Shown piece by piece: positions 48,353 through 57,398 of a DNA stretch of 64,000 nt. The notes beneath the pieces were generated by a model that did not search any database, was not told the origin of the DNA, and worked only from the letters and a program-made list of their open reading frames with translations. Location: NCBI GenBank assembly GCA_963823665.1, contig CAWGMQ010000008.1, positions 1,184,001 through 1,248,000 on the forward strand. The letters run 5' to 3'. The position numbers and the translations under genes were made by a program. Each line of letters begins with the position of its first letter. The first letter of the stretch is position 1. Source of the stretch: an uncultured Planctomycetota bacterium. GTDB taxonomy: Bacteria; Planctomycetota; Planctomycetia; Isosphaerales; Isosphaeraceae.

Positions 48353-50852
48353 TCAGAAGACCTCGCAAGACGGTTCTGGATGACCAGGGACAGAAGAGAA
48401 AAGGCCACCATATTTCGCGCCGTACTTCATCGCGCAGAAAGGAATCCCGTCTGAATCCCGCAGGTTGTGACGAGTGTACCAGATGGGCATCTTCAATTCG
48501 TAACGACGGCGGTCACGTGGACGGAGCTTCTTTACCCGATCGGCGAACACCTCAGGAATGACACTACGCTGCGGATAGTCATCGGGCCGGGTTTTCAGGA
48601 GCGCGTCGTCCTCCCAAGGCCGTGGAGCGTCAAGCACGCCGGCGAGACGATTCTGATGGTCTTTGATCGTGCTCTGGATTCGCAGGAAGGCGTCGTCGTT
48701 CTCTAGTGCAAATCCCTGATAAACCTCCTCAACCAGCTCAACAAGCCGGCGTTCAGTCAGGGGTCCCTGACTACGGGAGAGCAAAGTCCACGTGGAACCA
48801 AGGATTCCGGCCGGTCGAGCGTAGACCCGCTCGCTTTTCTCTTCATGTCGATGGACAATTACACGACCACATTTCAAGAGGCGGGCTCGATTCACTCGCC
48901 CTGCCCGCTGGACGAGTGCGTCGAAGGGTGCGCACTCGGTCAGCAGTATGTCGTAATCGATGTCGAGCGACACCTCTACCACCTGCGTGGCTATGAGTAA
49001 GCGGGGACTACATTCGTTGATCTGTCTTTCCTTCTCCTCTCGGTGCTTGAAGATAAACTTGGAGTGATAGCAAATCGGCTTGAATTGGCGCAGGGCCTTG
49101 GCAACGGTCTGACATTGCTGGACAGTGTTGACGACGACTAGGACGCGAATTGGCTTCCCGTGGTCATTGCATTCGTTCCAAAGCTCGCGGAATCGCTGCG
49201 ATGGTCTGGGATCGTCGGTTCGCAAACCTTCAAGAAGCCATTCGCTCAGTGGCGTTTCGCAAACCTTCCAGTCGTTCCTAGCCTGCTCAAGCAGCGTCTT
49301 CTCCTCGATGACCGAGACGCCAGGTCGTTCGTGGGTAGACGCTCCAAGGGCCTCGAGCATGACAGCGCGGAGATTCGATGGCATCGTCGCGCTCATGATG
49401 AAGAAACGAGAGCCCCAATGGCAAAGGCGTCGGATCATCATTACCATCAAGCCCAGGGTGTGAGGCTCGTAGGCATGAACCTCGTCGATGATGATCGCCG
49501 CATCCGCGGCCGCGAACTCTTTCAGGGCCCAACGGCCGGCATGGAGCTGAGGAACGAGCAACTGATCCACAGTGCCGACGGTCACCGGAAAGAAGAAGTG
49601 GGATTCTTGCAGCACCCCGGCACGTACGTCAGCTCGGTCGGCCTCGGATTCCGCCTCAATTCCTGTGTCGCGCACAAGGTCCGCCGTGGAGTGAACGAGA
49701 ACCGACTTCGTGACCATGATCGTCGAAAAACTCCTTCATTCGGTCGTGAATGCTATTGGCCGTAACCATCGTGGGCAAGAGGAAAAGAATCTTTCGAGCG
49801 TGCCCGCGCTGGATTTGACGCAAGGCCCATCCAAGCGCCGCCTCGGTCTTACCGCTCCCAGTGGGAGCGATGCCGAGCACGTGCCCGACGACCGCGTCGC
49901 ACTCACTCTGAAACGGCGTGAATCCTCCGTACTCCGGAAGATTGGGATTGTTGGAGCGCCTTTCCTCGTGGCGGTTGCGTAGGTAATCGGGCACGAGTTC
50001 CGGCCCGACGCGGACGACACCCCGTTCCACGTCGTCGGTTGGGTCCTCGCACCGGGCGCCGCTCGCCATCCAATCGGCGGTCATCAGGAGGCCCTTCAGA
50101 AGGGTGAACAGGTCGTGGAATGCTTCCTTTCGCGCGTAGGTTTTCACCTGGTTTTTGACGAGTTCCAAGCAATTGTATGGGTAATTTCCATTCGGTCCGT
50201 TGCTCAGCTCCCGACGTACGTCCTCTGGGATTATTTTGTAGCGCGGCAAGGTCCAACCCTGCATTGCGAACATCGCCCTGGCTAGGTCTTGCGCCGCGGC
50301 AGCCACGACTTCAGGCTCGGCGATCCAGGCGATCGCGTTCACGAATTGATCCTCAGAAGGGAGGTCGTGCGAGACGAATCGGTGGTGCCCTGCCACGGCC
50401 ATTACTTCCAAGAGGCCCCCACCGGGAATCTTGGTCATCTGGTCCAGCGCTCGCGACGCCTCCTTGACGACCCAGATGCCGGCGATCTCATGGCGATAGT
50501 TAAGCCGAGTCGCCCTTTTGTAGGCGCTGTCATCCTGCGCCCTCATCATGTCTTGAAAGTTCGTCGTCAGCTTTCCCACATCGTGAAGCGCCACGGTCAG
50601 GAGACTCGATTTCAGGAAACGCTGCGGACTGATGTTGCAACGGGCCGCGACAGCCTCAATCAAGGCAGCGTGCTGCCGCACGAGCCCACACCAGGCGCGA
50701 TGAACAGCAACTATGTGCTCACGGTAGGTTTGTCGTCTTTGCCCTTTTTTGGCGTCTTCCCGCTTGGCGAGGGCCTCGTCGAGGAGCCGCCCTCCAGCGG
50801 TTTCGATTCGTAGCGGTGCACGGGGATCGTCCAAGGTAGCTCTCCATTCCAA
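48353..50852 (-). CDS. cas3: Cas3 HD nuclease-helicase, frameshifted near 49700 (start 50852 or TTG at 50834)
   Basis: EHI..LHDVGK..RHE..GHH..ADW (HD); APTGSGKTE, DEVH, MSAT, ATQVVEVSLDID, QRAGRVNR. Confidence 0.95.
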
Positions 50853-51598
50853 GACGAGATTGCCGGGCTGGATCGAAGGGGCTCCGATTGAGGCTCGATC
50901 TGATAACCGACGACGGGCGCCTCGGTTTCATCCAGCACGATTGGATCGGCCACGAATGTTACGATCGAGCGCCCGTTGAGACGACGAGGGCCGTCGGAGG
51001 CGAATTCGAAGCCGGTGGGAATGCGTTCGACCCTGGGTGCACGGATCACGCGGCTAAGGGGAACCCTGGCAATGTCCTCGTATAACCCATAACGTGGGCT
51101 GATCTCCCCGAACACCAGAACATGTGCCAAGCGCCGCTCAGCCGTGAGCGAAGCGTCCTTCACCCGCACGGCGACCGCCTTCATGAGGGCGTCGCTTGGC
51201 CCGGCAGTGAGAGGAAACGCCGGACGGCGAAAAGCACCAGCCAGTTCCTCAGCTCCGCGCGCATCAGGTGATTCGAAGACAAGGACAAGACGAGTTTCGG
51301 TCCAGTACTCCCGGAGCAAGACGTCGGTCTTGCTCTCTTTGCCTTCTTCGACCAGCTCGAGTTTCTGGAACTTCCACAGGTCGCGCATCCGGCCCTCGTG
51401 CGAGCCGCCAACCCCCAAGCGCAGGTTACGATCGACGACATAGCGGTACGCCCCAGGCAAGTCCACGCCCAATGATGCGCCCAATAGACCGACGAGGGAC
51501 GTATAGGGTGGGAGTGGGAACGTCCGGTGATAGGTCAGTGCCTCAGGGGGCCGCCAACTGGACACGGGGGCGATTGCTTCGACGACCACGATCGGCAT
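50711..51598 (-). CDS. cas5: Type I-B Cas5
   Basis: SSWRPP...HRTFPLPPYTSLVGLLGA; LLREY; PAFPLTAG.SD. Confidence 0.92.
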   Translation of the reverse strand: MPIVVVEAIAPVSSWRPPEALTYHRTFPLPPYTSLVGLLGASLGVDLPGAYRYVVDRNLRLGVGGSHEGRMRDLWKFQKLELVEEGKESKTDVLLREYWTETRLVLVFESPDARGAEELAGAFRRPAFPLTAGPSDALMKAVAVRVKDASLTAERRLAHVLVFGEISPRYGLYEDIARVPLSRVIRAPRVERIPTGFEFASDGPRRLNGRSIVTFVADPIVLDETEAPVVGYQIEPQSEPLRSSPAISSWNGELPWTIPVHRYESKPLEGGSSTRPSPSGKTPKKGKDDKPTVST

Positions 51599-52530
51599 TA
51601 CAAAGCCCCCTTCACTCCGAAGTGGAGGTTAACCCACCCCCGGATGGTTTCGAACGCCTCGCCGATCGTGAGAGTGCCCTCGGGAAGATTAGTGAACAAA
51701 CCGGCGCGGGCGCCGAAGCAGTGGTTCACCAAGATATCCCTGGAATCACTCACCGACTGCGCCAGGGCATCCACGTCGATGCACTCGTCATCACGCACCC
51801 CCGAGCGTCGGACCGACTCGAGGAAAAGTGGCACCTTGGCCGTCGTGACCGCCGCGGCGATGAACTTGGGACTGATGTCCGCCAGAAACCGCGACTGCCG
51901 GCCGCTGGACCAGAGATGCTGAAGCGCCCCTAGGAGAGAATTGACGCGGCGAGCCTTCTCCGCTGATTTTAGGTCCCAATCTTTCTTCGGCTCCTTGGCC
52001 GAGATCCCCTCACCGGGTCGATTCTTGCCGACGGCATCGAGCTCGATCAAGACGGTCCCGCGGTAGAGGCCGCCGTGGATCTCCGTCTCGAAGATGTTCG
52101 GCGTGCCCCCGGCCTCGACACCCATGTAGTTCGTGCCGAAATCAAGATCTCCCTCGTAGGGGTCGATCGCCAATAGAGGAGCAACCCGCACTGGGCTCGT
52201 CCGTTTATGTGTCCCGCCCTTTGAGGCATCCATGAACCCGAACAGATCGTCGTCGATGAATTTCTCCGGCAAGCACGCAGTGATCGCCGCCCCCTTTTTC
52301 TCTTTGGCGGCCGCGCCCTCGGAAAGTTCATGATTGAGAGTTCCGAGCTGATCCCTGAGAGCGCGACGAACAGCCTGGCTCGAGACATAAGGAAAAGTTT
52401 TCGAGCCACGGGTTAGTTTCTTGATGTTACTGACGTTGTCTGCCTCCTTGTCGCTCCCGTTGAGGGAGCCAAGCGACACCGGTGTGAGAAACGTTATGGT
52501 TAGGGATTTGGCGTCCTGAAGAGTTGGCAT
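51598..52530 (-). CDS. cas7: Type I-B Cas7 (Cst2/DevR family)
   Basis: PYVSSQAVRRALR, DDDLFGFM, KRTSPVRV, NIFETEIHGGLY; AAGGAG RBS. Confidence 0.93.
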   Translation of the reverse strand: MPTLQDAKSLTITFLTPVSLGSLNGSDKEADNVSNIKKLTRGSKTFPYVSSQAVRRALRDQLGTLNHELSEGAAAKEKKGAAITACLPEKFIDDDLFGFMDASKGGTHKRTSPVRVAPLLAIDPYEGDLDFGTNYMGVEAGGTPNIFETEIHGGLYRGTVLIELDAVGKNRPGEGISAKEPKKDWDLKSAEKARRVNSLLGALQHLWSSGRQSRFLADISPKFIAAAVTTAKVPLFLESVRRSGVRDDECIDVDALAQSVSDSRDILVNHCFGARAGLFTNLPEGTLTIGEAFETIRGWVNLHFGVKGAL

Positions 52531-52543
52531 CGGATCGTTCTCC

Positions 52544-52891
52544 TTAAGAAGTTGTGGTGGCGACGTTCTTGGTTTCACGAGTTCCGTAAAGGAAGCGGCT
52601 CAAGGCTGACACGACGCAGAACCCCCGAAACTCCTCGAATGTTTCCCGGTTGAAGACGGCCCCATCGAGTACGTCGCGAGGTATGTCGATGTCATAGCGG
52701 AATTGCAGCCTCGCCAGCTCATTCATGAAGTCGGCGGTCGTCCGCGTCTTTCGCAAGCGGAACAAAGCGCCACGCGCTCTCCCTCGCGATTCATTCTCAT
52801 CCTTGTCGTTGACCTTATCTGAGACGGCTTTGCCGATCTCACCCCCGAGCCAAGTCGCAGTCTTGACCATTCTCTGGTACATCTCATCCAT
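52544..52891 (-). CDS. cas11: Putative internally translated Cas11 small subunit (about 115 aa)
   Basis: In-frame ATG (MDEMYQRM...) inside cas8, preceded by AAGGGG-ACGCCG. Confidence 0.6.
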   Translation of the reverse strand: MDEMYQRMVKTATWLGGEIGKAVSDKVNDKDENESRGRARGALFRLRKTRTTADFMNELARLQFRYDIDIPRDVLDGAVFNRETFEEFRGFCVVSALSRFLYGTRETKNVATTTS

Positions 52892-54493
52892 CGGCGTCCC
52901 CTTCTGGCGTTCCACCTCGTAGAGCATGACGAAATCGAGGAGCGGCCGAACCGACCTCGCCTTGCCCGCTTCGGTGTGAGGGTTGATGTGAAATGCGTGC
53001 TGCTCCAGCAACGCGAGCACGCTCTCGCGCCGCAGGATAGCTGAGCACACCCGGTCTCGGACGAGCGTTCGGCCCTCGTCCTTGGCTTCAAAATCGACGA
53101 GCGTTGCGAAGAGTTTTTTGGGAGAACAAACCATCTTATTGCGTCGCGGAGCAGTTTCTTCGACGCTCTGCATCCGTTCGAAGAGGCGCGCCAGGTACAC
53201 CACGTCCCTGACCGACCAGAAGTCGCGGGCAAGCCACACATTCCCTTTCTTCGCCGCAGAGATGACGGCAAAACTGACGTGTCCTTGCTGCTCTGTAGCC
53301 CGGAACACCTCTTCCGCTGAAATTGGGGCTTCCGGTTCCTCCGCCTCCGACGCTTCGGGGACTTCAGCATCTTCGCTGTCAACCGGCTCCAGTTCTGATC
53401 TCGCTTCTTGCGCGGCCACCCGAGCGCGCTCCCGCAATACCTTTTCCTCTCGGCTGAGCTCGACCAAGGCGCGATGCAAGAATGCCAGAGCGACCTCGGA
53501 TCGTCCGCGGAAAAGAAAGGCGAGCTTTCGACCGCCAAGCAAAAGGTCGAAATTGCGATAGAGATTTGGATCGAGCTGAATCATGCTGCCCAGCGTCTCC
53601 ACAAGAGCGTTAGTGCGCCGAAGGTCCGATGACTCGGGGAAAAACACGTGCAGGTCGTCGTCTTGTTGATGAAAAAAGGCCACGGCTGGAACAAATTTGC
53701 CGACGAAGTCGGCCCTCCACCCGAGTCGAGGCCAATTCGAATTCCCGCTGATGAACGACCGACTTCCTCCCATGAGCGGAAAGGCGGTCTCCTTAGCCTC
53801 GACGACGGAACTCTCGGGCATCCCTGTAAGAAAGCAATTCCAGTCGTGTCGATTGGCGCCGACGCGAATCTCTACCTTGGGACGAACCTGATTGGGGCCG
53901 TCGATGAGCAGGCCAGCCGGGGGTCCCGGCTTTAGGCCGTTTTTCGCCAGGAAATCGTCGAGTTGCGCCTGGAGGTGCTTGAGTTCCGGGGGCAAGCGGC
54001 CTGGCGCTCGCACCTCTTTACCGTGATCGTCAGTGATCGATCCCCATGTCACCTGCTCGCGGGAGGGGCGTGCCGCCTTGTCAAAAAGGAGCGAGGCCAC
54101 CCCGGTCGCTCTAACCTTGGGGAATGTGACAAAGTCCTTCCTTGAGCGATCGTAGTAGAAGTTGTAGCTTGACGTCTCCCTGCGTTGTTTCTGGCTCGAC
54201 TTGTTGAAGTAGAGATCGACAAGCCGGTCGTAGGCCCACTCCAGGCAAGCCTGAACGCGGCTGGCGGCTCCGCTGACGACCAGGCGGTCGGCCCGGAGGT
54301 CGTCACGTTTCACATCACGAAACGAAGCGTCCACGCCACCCTTCAGTCCGCAGGCCCCAGAAGAATCCGTGTAGTTGGGCAATTCGTTCAAGATGCGATA
54401 GAGTCCAACTATTCCCGCATCGATCCAAGAATTTCCTGTGCGGAGAAACTCCACGGCCAAGATCTCGTCAGCCTTGGCTTTCGCTTTCGCCAT
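52544..54493 (-). CDS. cas8: Type I-B large subunit Cas8 (Cas8b/Cst1-like)
   Basis: TGNSWIDAGIVGL N-terminal motif; helical C-terminal domain; position between cas6 and cas7. Confidence 0.85.
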   Translation of the reverse strand: MAKAKAKADEILAVEFLRTGNSWIDAGIVGLYRILNELPNYTDSSGACGLKGGVDASFRDVKRDDLRADRLVVSGAASRVQACLEWAYDRLVDLYFNKSSQKQRRETSSYNFYYDRSRKDFVTFPKVRATGVASLLFDKAARPSREQVTWGSITDDHGKEVRAPGRLPPELKHLQAQLDDFLAKNGLKPGPPAGLLIDGPNQVRPKVEIRVGANRHDWNCFLTGMPESSVVEAKETAFPLMGGSRSFISGNSNWPRLGWRADFVGKFVPAVAFFHQQDDDLHVFFPESSDLRRTNALVETLGSMIQLDPNLYRNFDLLLGGRKLAFLFRGRSEVALAFLHRALVELSREEKVLRERARVAAQEARSELEPVDSEDAEVPEASEAEEPEAPISAEEVFRATEQQGHVSFAVISAAKKGNVWLARDFWSVRDVVYLARLFERMQSVEETAPRRNKMVCSPKKLFATLVDFEAKDEGRTLVRDRVCSAILRRESVLALLEQHAFHINPHTEAGKARSVRPLLDFVMLYEVERQKGTPMDEMYQRMVKTATWLGGEIGKAVSDKVNDKDENESRGRARGALFRLRKTRTTADFMNELARLQFRYDIDIPRDVLDGAVFNRETFEEFRGFCVVSALSRFLYGTRETKNVATTTS

Positions 54494-54494
54494 G

Positions 54495-55199
54495 TCATGC
54501 CTCCAGTCTCACGACCGTGCCGAAGCCTCTTGCGCTGCTCTTACCGATTCCCCAGTGGTCCGGAATCAGAAAGTTGACCCTGAAGGTTCCGCTAAATCCC
54601 AACAGACTCAAGCCCGGCTTCAGTTCCTCGAAGCCCGTGAACTCCAGGCAGGTTTCTGCCACCAAGCGAGTCGTGACGTTCAGGTCGACGCTCTTGCTCA
54701 AGGAGAGGAGATTGCCGATGAGGATTCTCTTCAGCAAGGCCGACCTCTCCGAGGCATCAACTCGTGACCAAACCTCGTGGTTCTCTTGGTTCAGCGCCAA
54801 ATAGGGCGTCAAGAATTCATATCGGATCATCTCAGCACATGGTCCGACCAGCACCCGGCTTGCGGTCACGGATTGATTCGTTACAACAAGCTCGTCCGGT
54901 CCCAGCCGGAGGTGGTCCGTGGCGGGTAGACCGCGCACAAGCACTGCCCCCGCTGCGAGCCCCATCACGGCGGCGTCTCCTCGGCTCGTGTCGTATCGAA
55001 TAAGCGGATGCTGGTAGAAAAAGCCGTTTCCGCTGTGATTGTGGAAATCTTTTCGAGATGTTAGGCCAATTATCGCTCCCCTAAGCCAGCGCGATTGTTG
55101 AAAGCCGAGTGGCTTACTCAGGGTAAGCCGGACGTCGCCGTGTTCAATGATCGCCGCAGTGTCGAAGGAAGCCGGGTGGAGTGCGACGCCAATGCTCAT
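54495..55199 (-). CDS. cas6: CRISPR endoribonuclease Cas6 (Cas6b-like)
   Basis: LRG..FHNH...YQHPLIRY; TPYLALNQEN; LIGNLLS; GIGKSSARGFG glycine loop. Confidence 0.92.
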   Translation of the reverse strand: MSIGVALHPASFDTAAIIEHGDVRLTLSKPLGFQQSRWLRGAIIGLTSRKDFHNHSGNGFFYQHPLIRYDTSRGDAAVMGLAAGAVLVRGLPATDHLRLGPDELVVTNQSVTASRVLVGPCAEMIRYEFLTPYLALNQENHEVWSRVDASERSALLKRILIGNLLSLSKSVDLNVTTRLVAETCLEFTGFEELKPGLSLLGFSGTFRVNFLIPDHWGIGKSSARGFGTVVRLEA

Positions 55200-55248
55200 T
55201 TACGCGCTCCGTTCATTTGCACGAGGGAAGCCGTCATCGTGGTAAAAG

Positions 55249-55319
55249 AATCCGTCGAGGAATGTGGCTCGAAAACACCAACATTTCAATCCTTGTTGTC
55301 TTGGACATCCGCATCGCCC
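55249..55319 (-). ncRNA. Mini-CRISPR / crRNA-like regulatory RNA: degenerate repeat, about 21-nt spacer, degenerate repeat core
   Basis: 55283-55305 ATTTCAATCCTTGTTGTCTTGGA matches the array repeat at 21/23; 55249-55261 AATCCGTCGAGGA is the repeat stem with a 5-nt loop deletion; the spacer matches 55832-55846. Confidence 0.8.
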
Positions 55320-55335
55320 GACGGATCCTCAGTTC

Positions 55336-55821
55336 TCAATATTCCGCGAATATCTTGCGCGCTCGCCGAATCTCGGAGTAGTATCGCCGCTCACTGATAT
55401 TGATCCTTTTCCGAAACTGCTCCCGGGTCAAACCTTCCCGCTCCGCGATGAGCAATTGGCGAAACAGCGGGATGCGATCGCACAGCTCTTTTGCATCCAA
55501 CTTCGAGATCATTGTCTCGCAATCCCGACTCGCGCTCTCATCTACGGCACTGATCGGGAGGGACTCATCGAGCTGAATCAATGGCGACCTCATGGCGCGG
55601 GCTCTCGCCCGTGCCCGTCTCCACAGCAAGCCAGGAATGTCCCCACCTTGAATGGTTGCACCACTCATTTTGAGAAATTGCTGAGTGGAGGAATGTCGCC
55701 GGATCTCACAGTAAAGATCGTGAGCGACGTCATCGGCGAACTCGGCGTAACGTGTCCTCCTGATGCGACTCGCGATCAGTTCGGTCAGGCGGACAACCGG
55801 GTCAGAGGTGCTCTCAGACAT
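55336..55821 (-). CDS. ECF sigma-70-like protein (about 161 aa) embedded in the cas operon
   Basis: ADDVAHDLY..I and GLLWRRAR.RAR (sigma2-like); LCDRIP.FRQLL...EGLTREQF..INISERRYYSEIRRARKIF (sigma4 HTH-like); GGAG RBS. Confidence 0.7.
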   Translation of the reverse strand: MSESTSDPVVRLTELIASRIRRTRYAEFADDVAHDLYCEIRRHSSTQQFLKMSGATIQGGDIPGLLWRRARARARAMRSPLIQLDESLPISAVDESASRDCETMISKLDAKELCDRIPLFRQLLIAEREGLTREQFRKRINISERRYYSEIRRARKIFAEY

Positions 55822-55831
55822 TTCACGGTCA

Positions 55832-55849
55832 CTCCAAAACCCCAACCAA
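55832..55849 (-). promoter_or_regulatory. Putative Cascade target site (TTG PAM plus 15-nt partial protospacer) over the RBS of the sigma-like gene
   Basis: Minus strand TTG-GTTGGGGTTTTGGAG versus spacer GTTGGTGTTTTCGAG. Confidence 0.7.
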
Positions 55850-55989
55850 CTTGCGCTCTACCTTCGTTATGACGCCAGTCGGGGCTCCGTCCTTCGTTTT
55901 TTTTGGATTTTCGGCGCTCTGGCGAGCACTGCCACGTACGCATGCATGGTGACGCGTCACCACGCGATCGTCCTTCAATGAGTGCGGCG

Positions 55990-56280
55990 TCAGATCACTC
56001 TGGTCAGCACCTCGTCCGCCACCATCTCCCTATCAAACCCCTGCCCAACAATGCGGACCTTTGCGAAGTCGTCTCGGCACATGGGGAAGACATAGACCGC
56101 GTCCGTTTCGAGATTGAGAAGCTCCATGCTGAACTGAATGATTTCTTCAACGCGGCTGCCTGCGACCTCGCCCAGGTAGACGCTCTTTTGGACACGCTGG
56201 AGTCCATAATCGAGGCATCGGTCACCTATTCTTTTGCGCGTTCGATCCTTTGAAATGTCGTAGACGACCCAAGTCAGCAT
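55990..56280 (-). CDS. cas2: CRISPR-associated Cas2
   Basis: WVVYDISKDRTR...YGLQRVQKSVY. Confidence 0.96.
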   Translation of the reverse strand: MLTWVVYDISKDRTRKRIGDRCLDYGLQRVQKSVYLGEVAGSRVEEIIQFSMELLNLETDAVYVFPMCRDDFAKVRIVGQGFDREMVADEVLTRVI

Positions 56281-57398
56281 GATTCGGCCTCCCCGGGCGG
56301 CTGTTCTGAGACGACGTCCTCTTCGTCATTGGGCAGCTCGTCGGCGGGCGGCGCGTCAGTGAACTCGTCCCAGAGTTGGCGGGTCGCGACGACACGAGGT
56401 AGGTCGTTCTTGCCCAGCAGACGATTCGCCAGCGCGTGTGCCTCGTGGGCAATTGTGTCGCGACGCTTGATCTTGCGGAACTTACCTGGCTTCGATTGCA
56501 CCGGGTACTTTACCGGCCGGTCGAGCCGCTGGTTGTAGTAAGGTATGAACTCGGCGCGGCCGGCTTTACTCAATGCAACCCCGCCAGGCACGTGCTCGAA
56601 AAACTCGGCGCGAACTCGGCGGCCCGTGAACAAAAGCAGCGTCGCCCGCTCGGCCAGGATACGGAACGGCTCGATCAAATCAAAAACAAGCGAAGGCTTG
56701 TTGTAATTGTCAGTGTGAAGATACCCCAGAAATGGGTCAAGGCCAGCACATATGCAAGCGCGATCGACCATTGAATAGAGGACGCCGTACGAGTAGTTGA
56801 GCATCGCGTTGAAGCCATCGTGAGCGGGCTGGCGGCTGCGTCCGTCGAAGCGGTAAGCCTCGGGGACGAGCTGGCCCAGGCAGGCGAAATAGGCGCGGCC
56901 CGCGCTCCCTTCCAGGCCGAGCAGCCGCCCACGTTGTTGCTCAAGCGTGCCATCGATTTTATCGACCTGCGCCAGGCTCGAGCGAATCGACTCGATCGCC
57001 GTCGCGAAGATCGTGCGCTGGCCAGACCTGCGCTGCGACAGCTCGTCAAGAAACTCAGCCTGGTTGCGGATTTTGGCGGCGACCCATTCGCGAGCAAAGG
57101 CCAGTCCTTCAGGACCCTCCGCCGTCTCGAGCTGCCGCCGCCGTATGGCCGCCGTCGAACCCATTCGCGGCGGCCAGACCCGCGCGTAAGGGTCGCCGAA
57201 CTTGTCCAGGAAGATGACGTCGATATTGTGCGCAATGGCCAGCACGATCACATCGGAGGAGAGGTGCACGGCCGTGGTCACCAGAATGCTCTGGACCTTA
57301 TGCGCCGAGACCGTCATCTTGTTCGACCCGGCCCGGACCACGAACCGGTCGCCCTTGCGCTTGAGACTCGCCCCAAAGGTGTTGATCACCAATTGCAC
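56274..57398 (-). CDS. cas1: CRISPR-associated integrase Cas1
   Basis: LGLEGSAGRAYF, FNAMLNYSYG, GLDPFLGYLH, LVFDLIEPFR. Confidence 0.97.
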   Translation of the reverse strand: MQLVINTFGASLKRKGDRFVVRAGSNKMTVSAHKVQSILVTTAVHLSSDVIVLAIAHNIDVIFLDKFGDPYARVWPPRMGSTAAIRRRQLETAEGPEGLAFAREWVAAKIRNQAEFLDELSQRRSGQRTIFATAIESIRSSLAQVDKIDGTLEQQRGRLLGLEGSAGRAYFACLGQLVPEAYRFDGRSRQPAHDGFNAMLNYSYGVLYSMVDRACICAGLDPFLGYLHTDNYNKPSLVFDLIEPFRILAERATLLLFTGRRVRAEFFEHVPGGVALSKAGRAEFIPYYNQRLDRPVKYPVQSKPGKFRKIKRRDTIAHEAHALANRLLGKNDLPRVVATRQLWDEFTDAPPADELPNDEEDVVSEQPPGEAESC

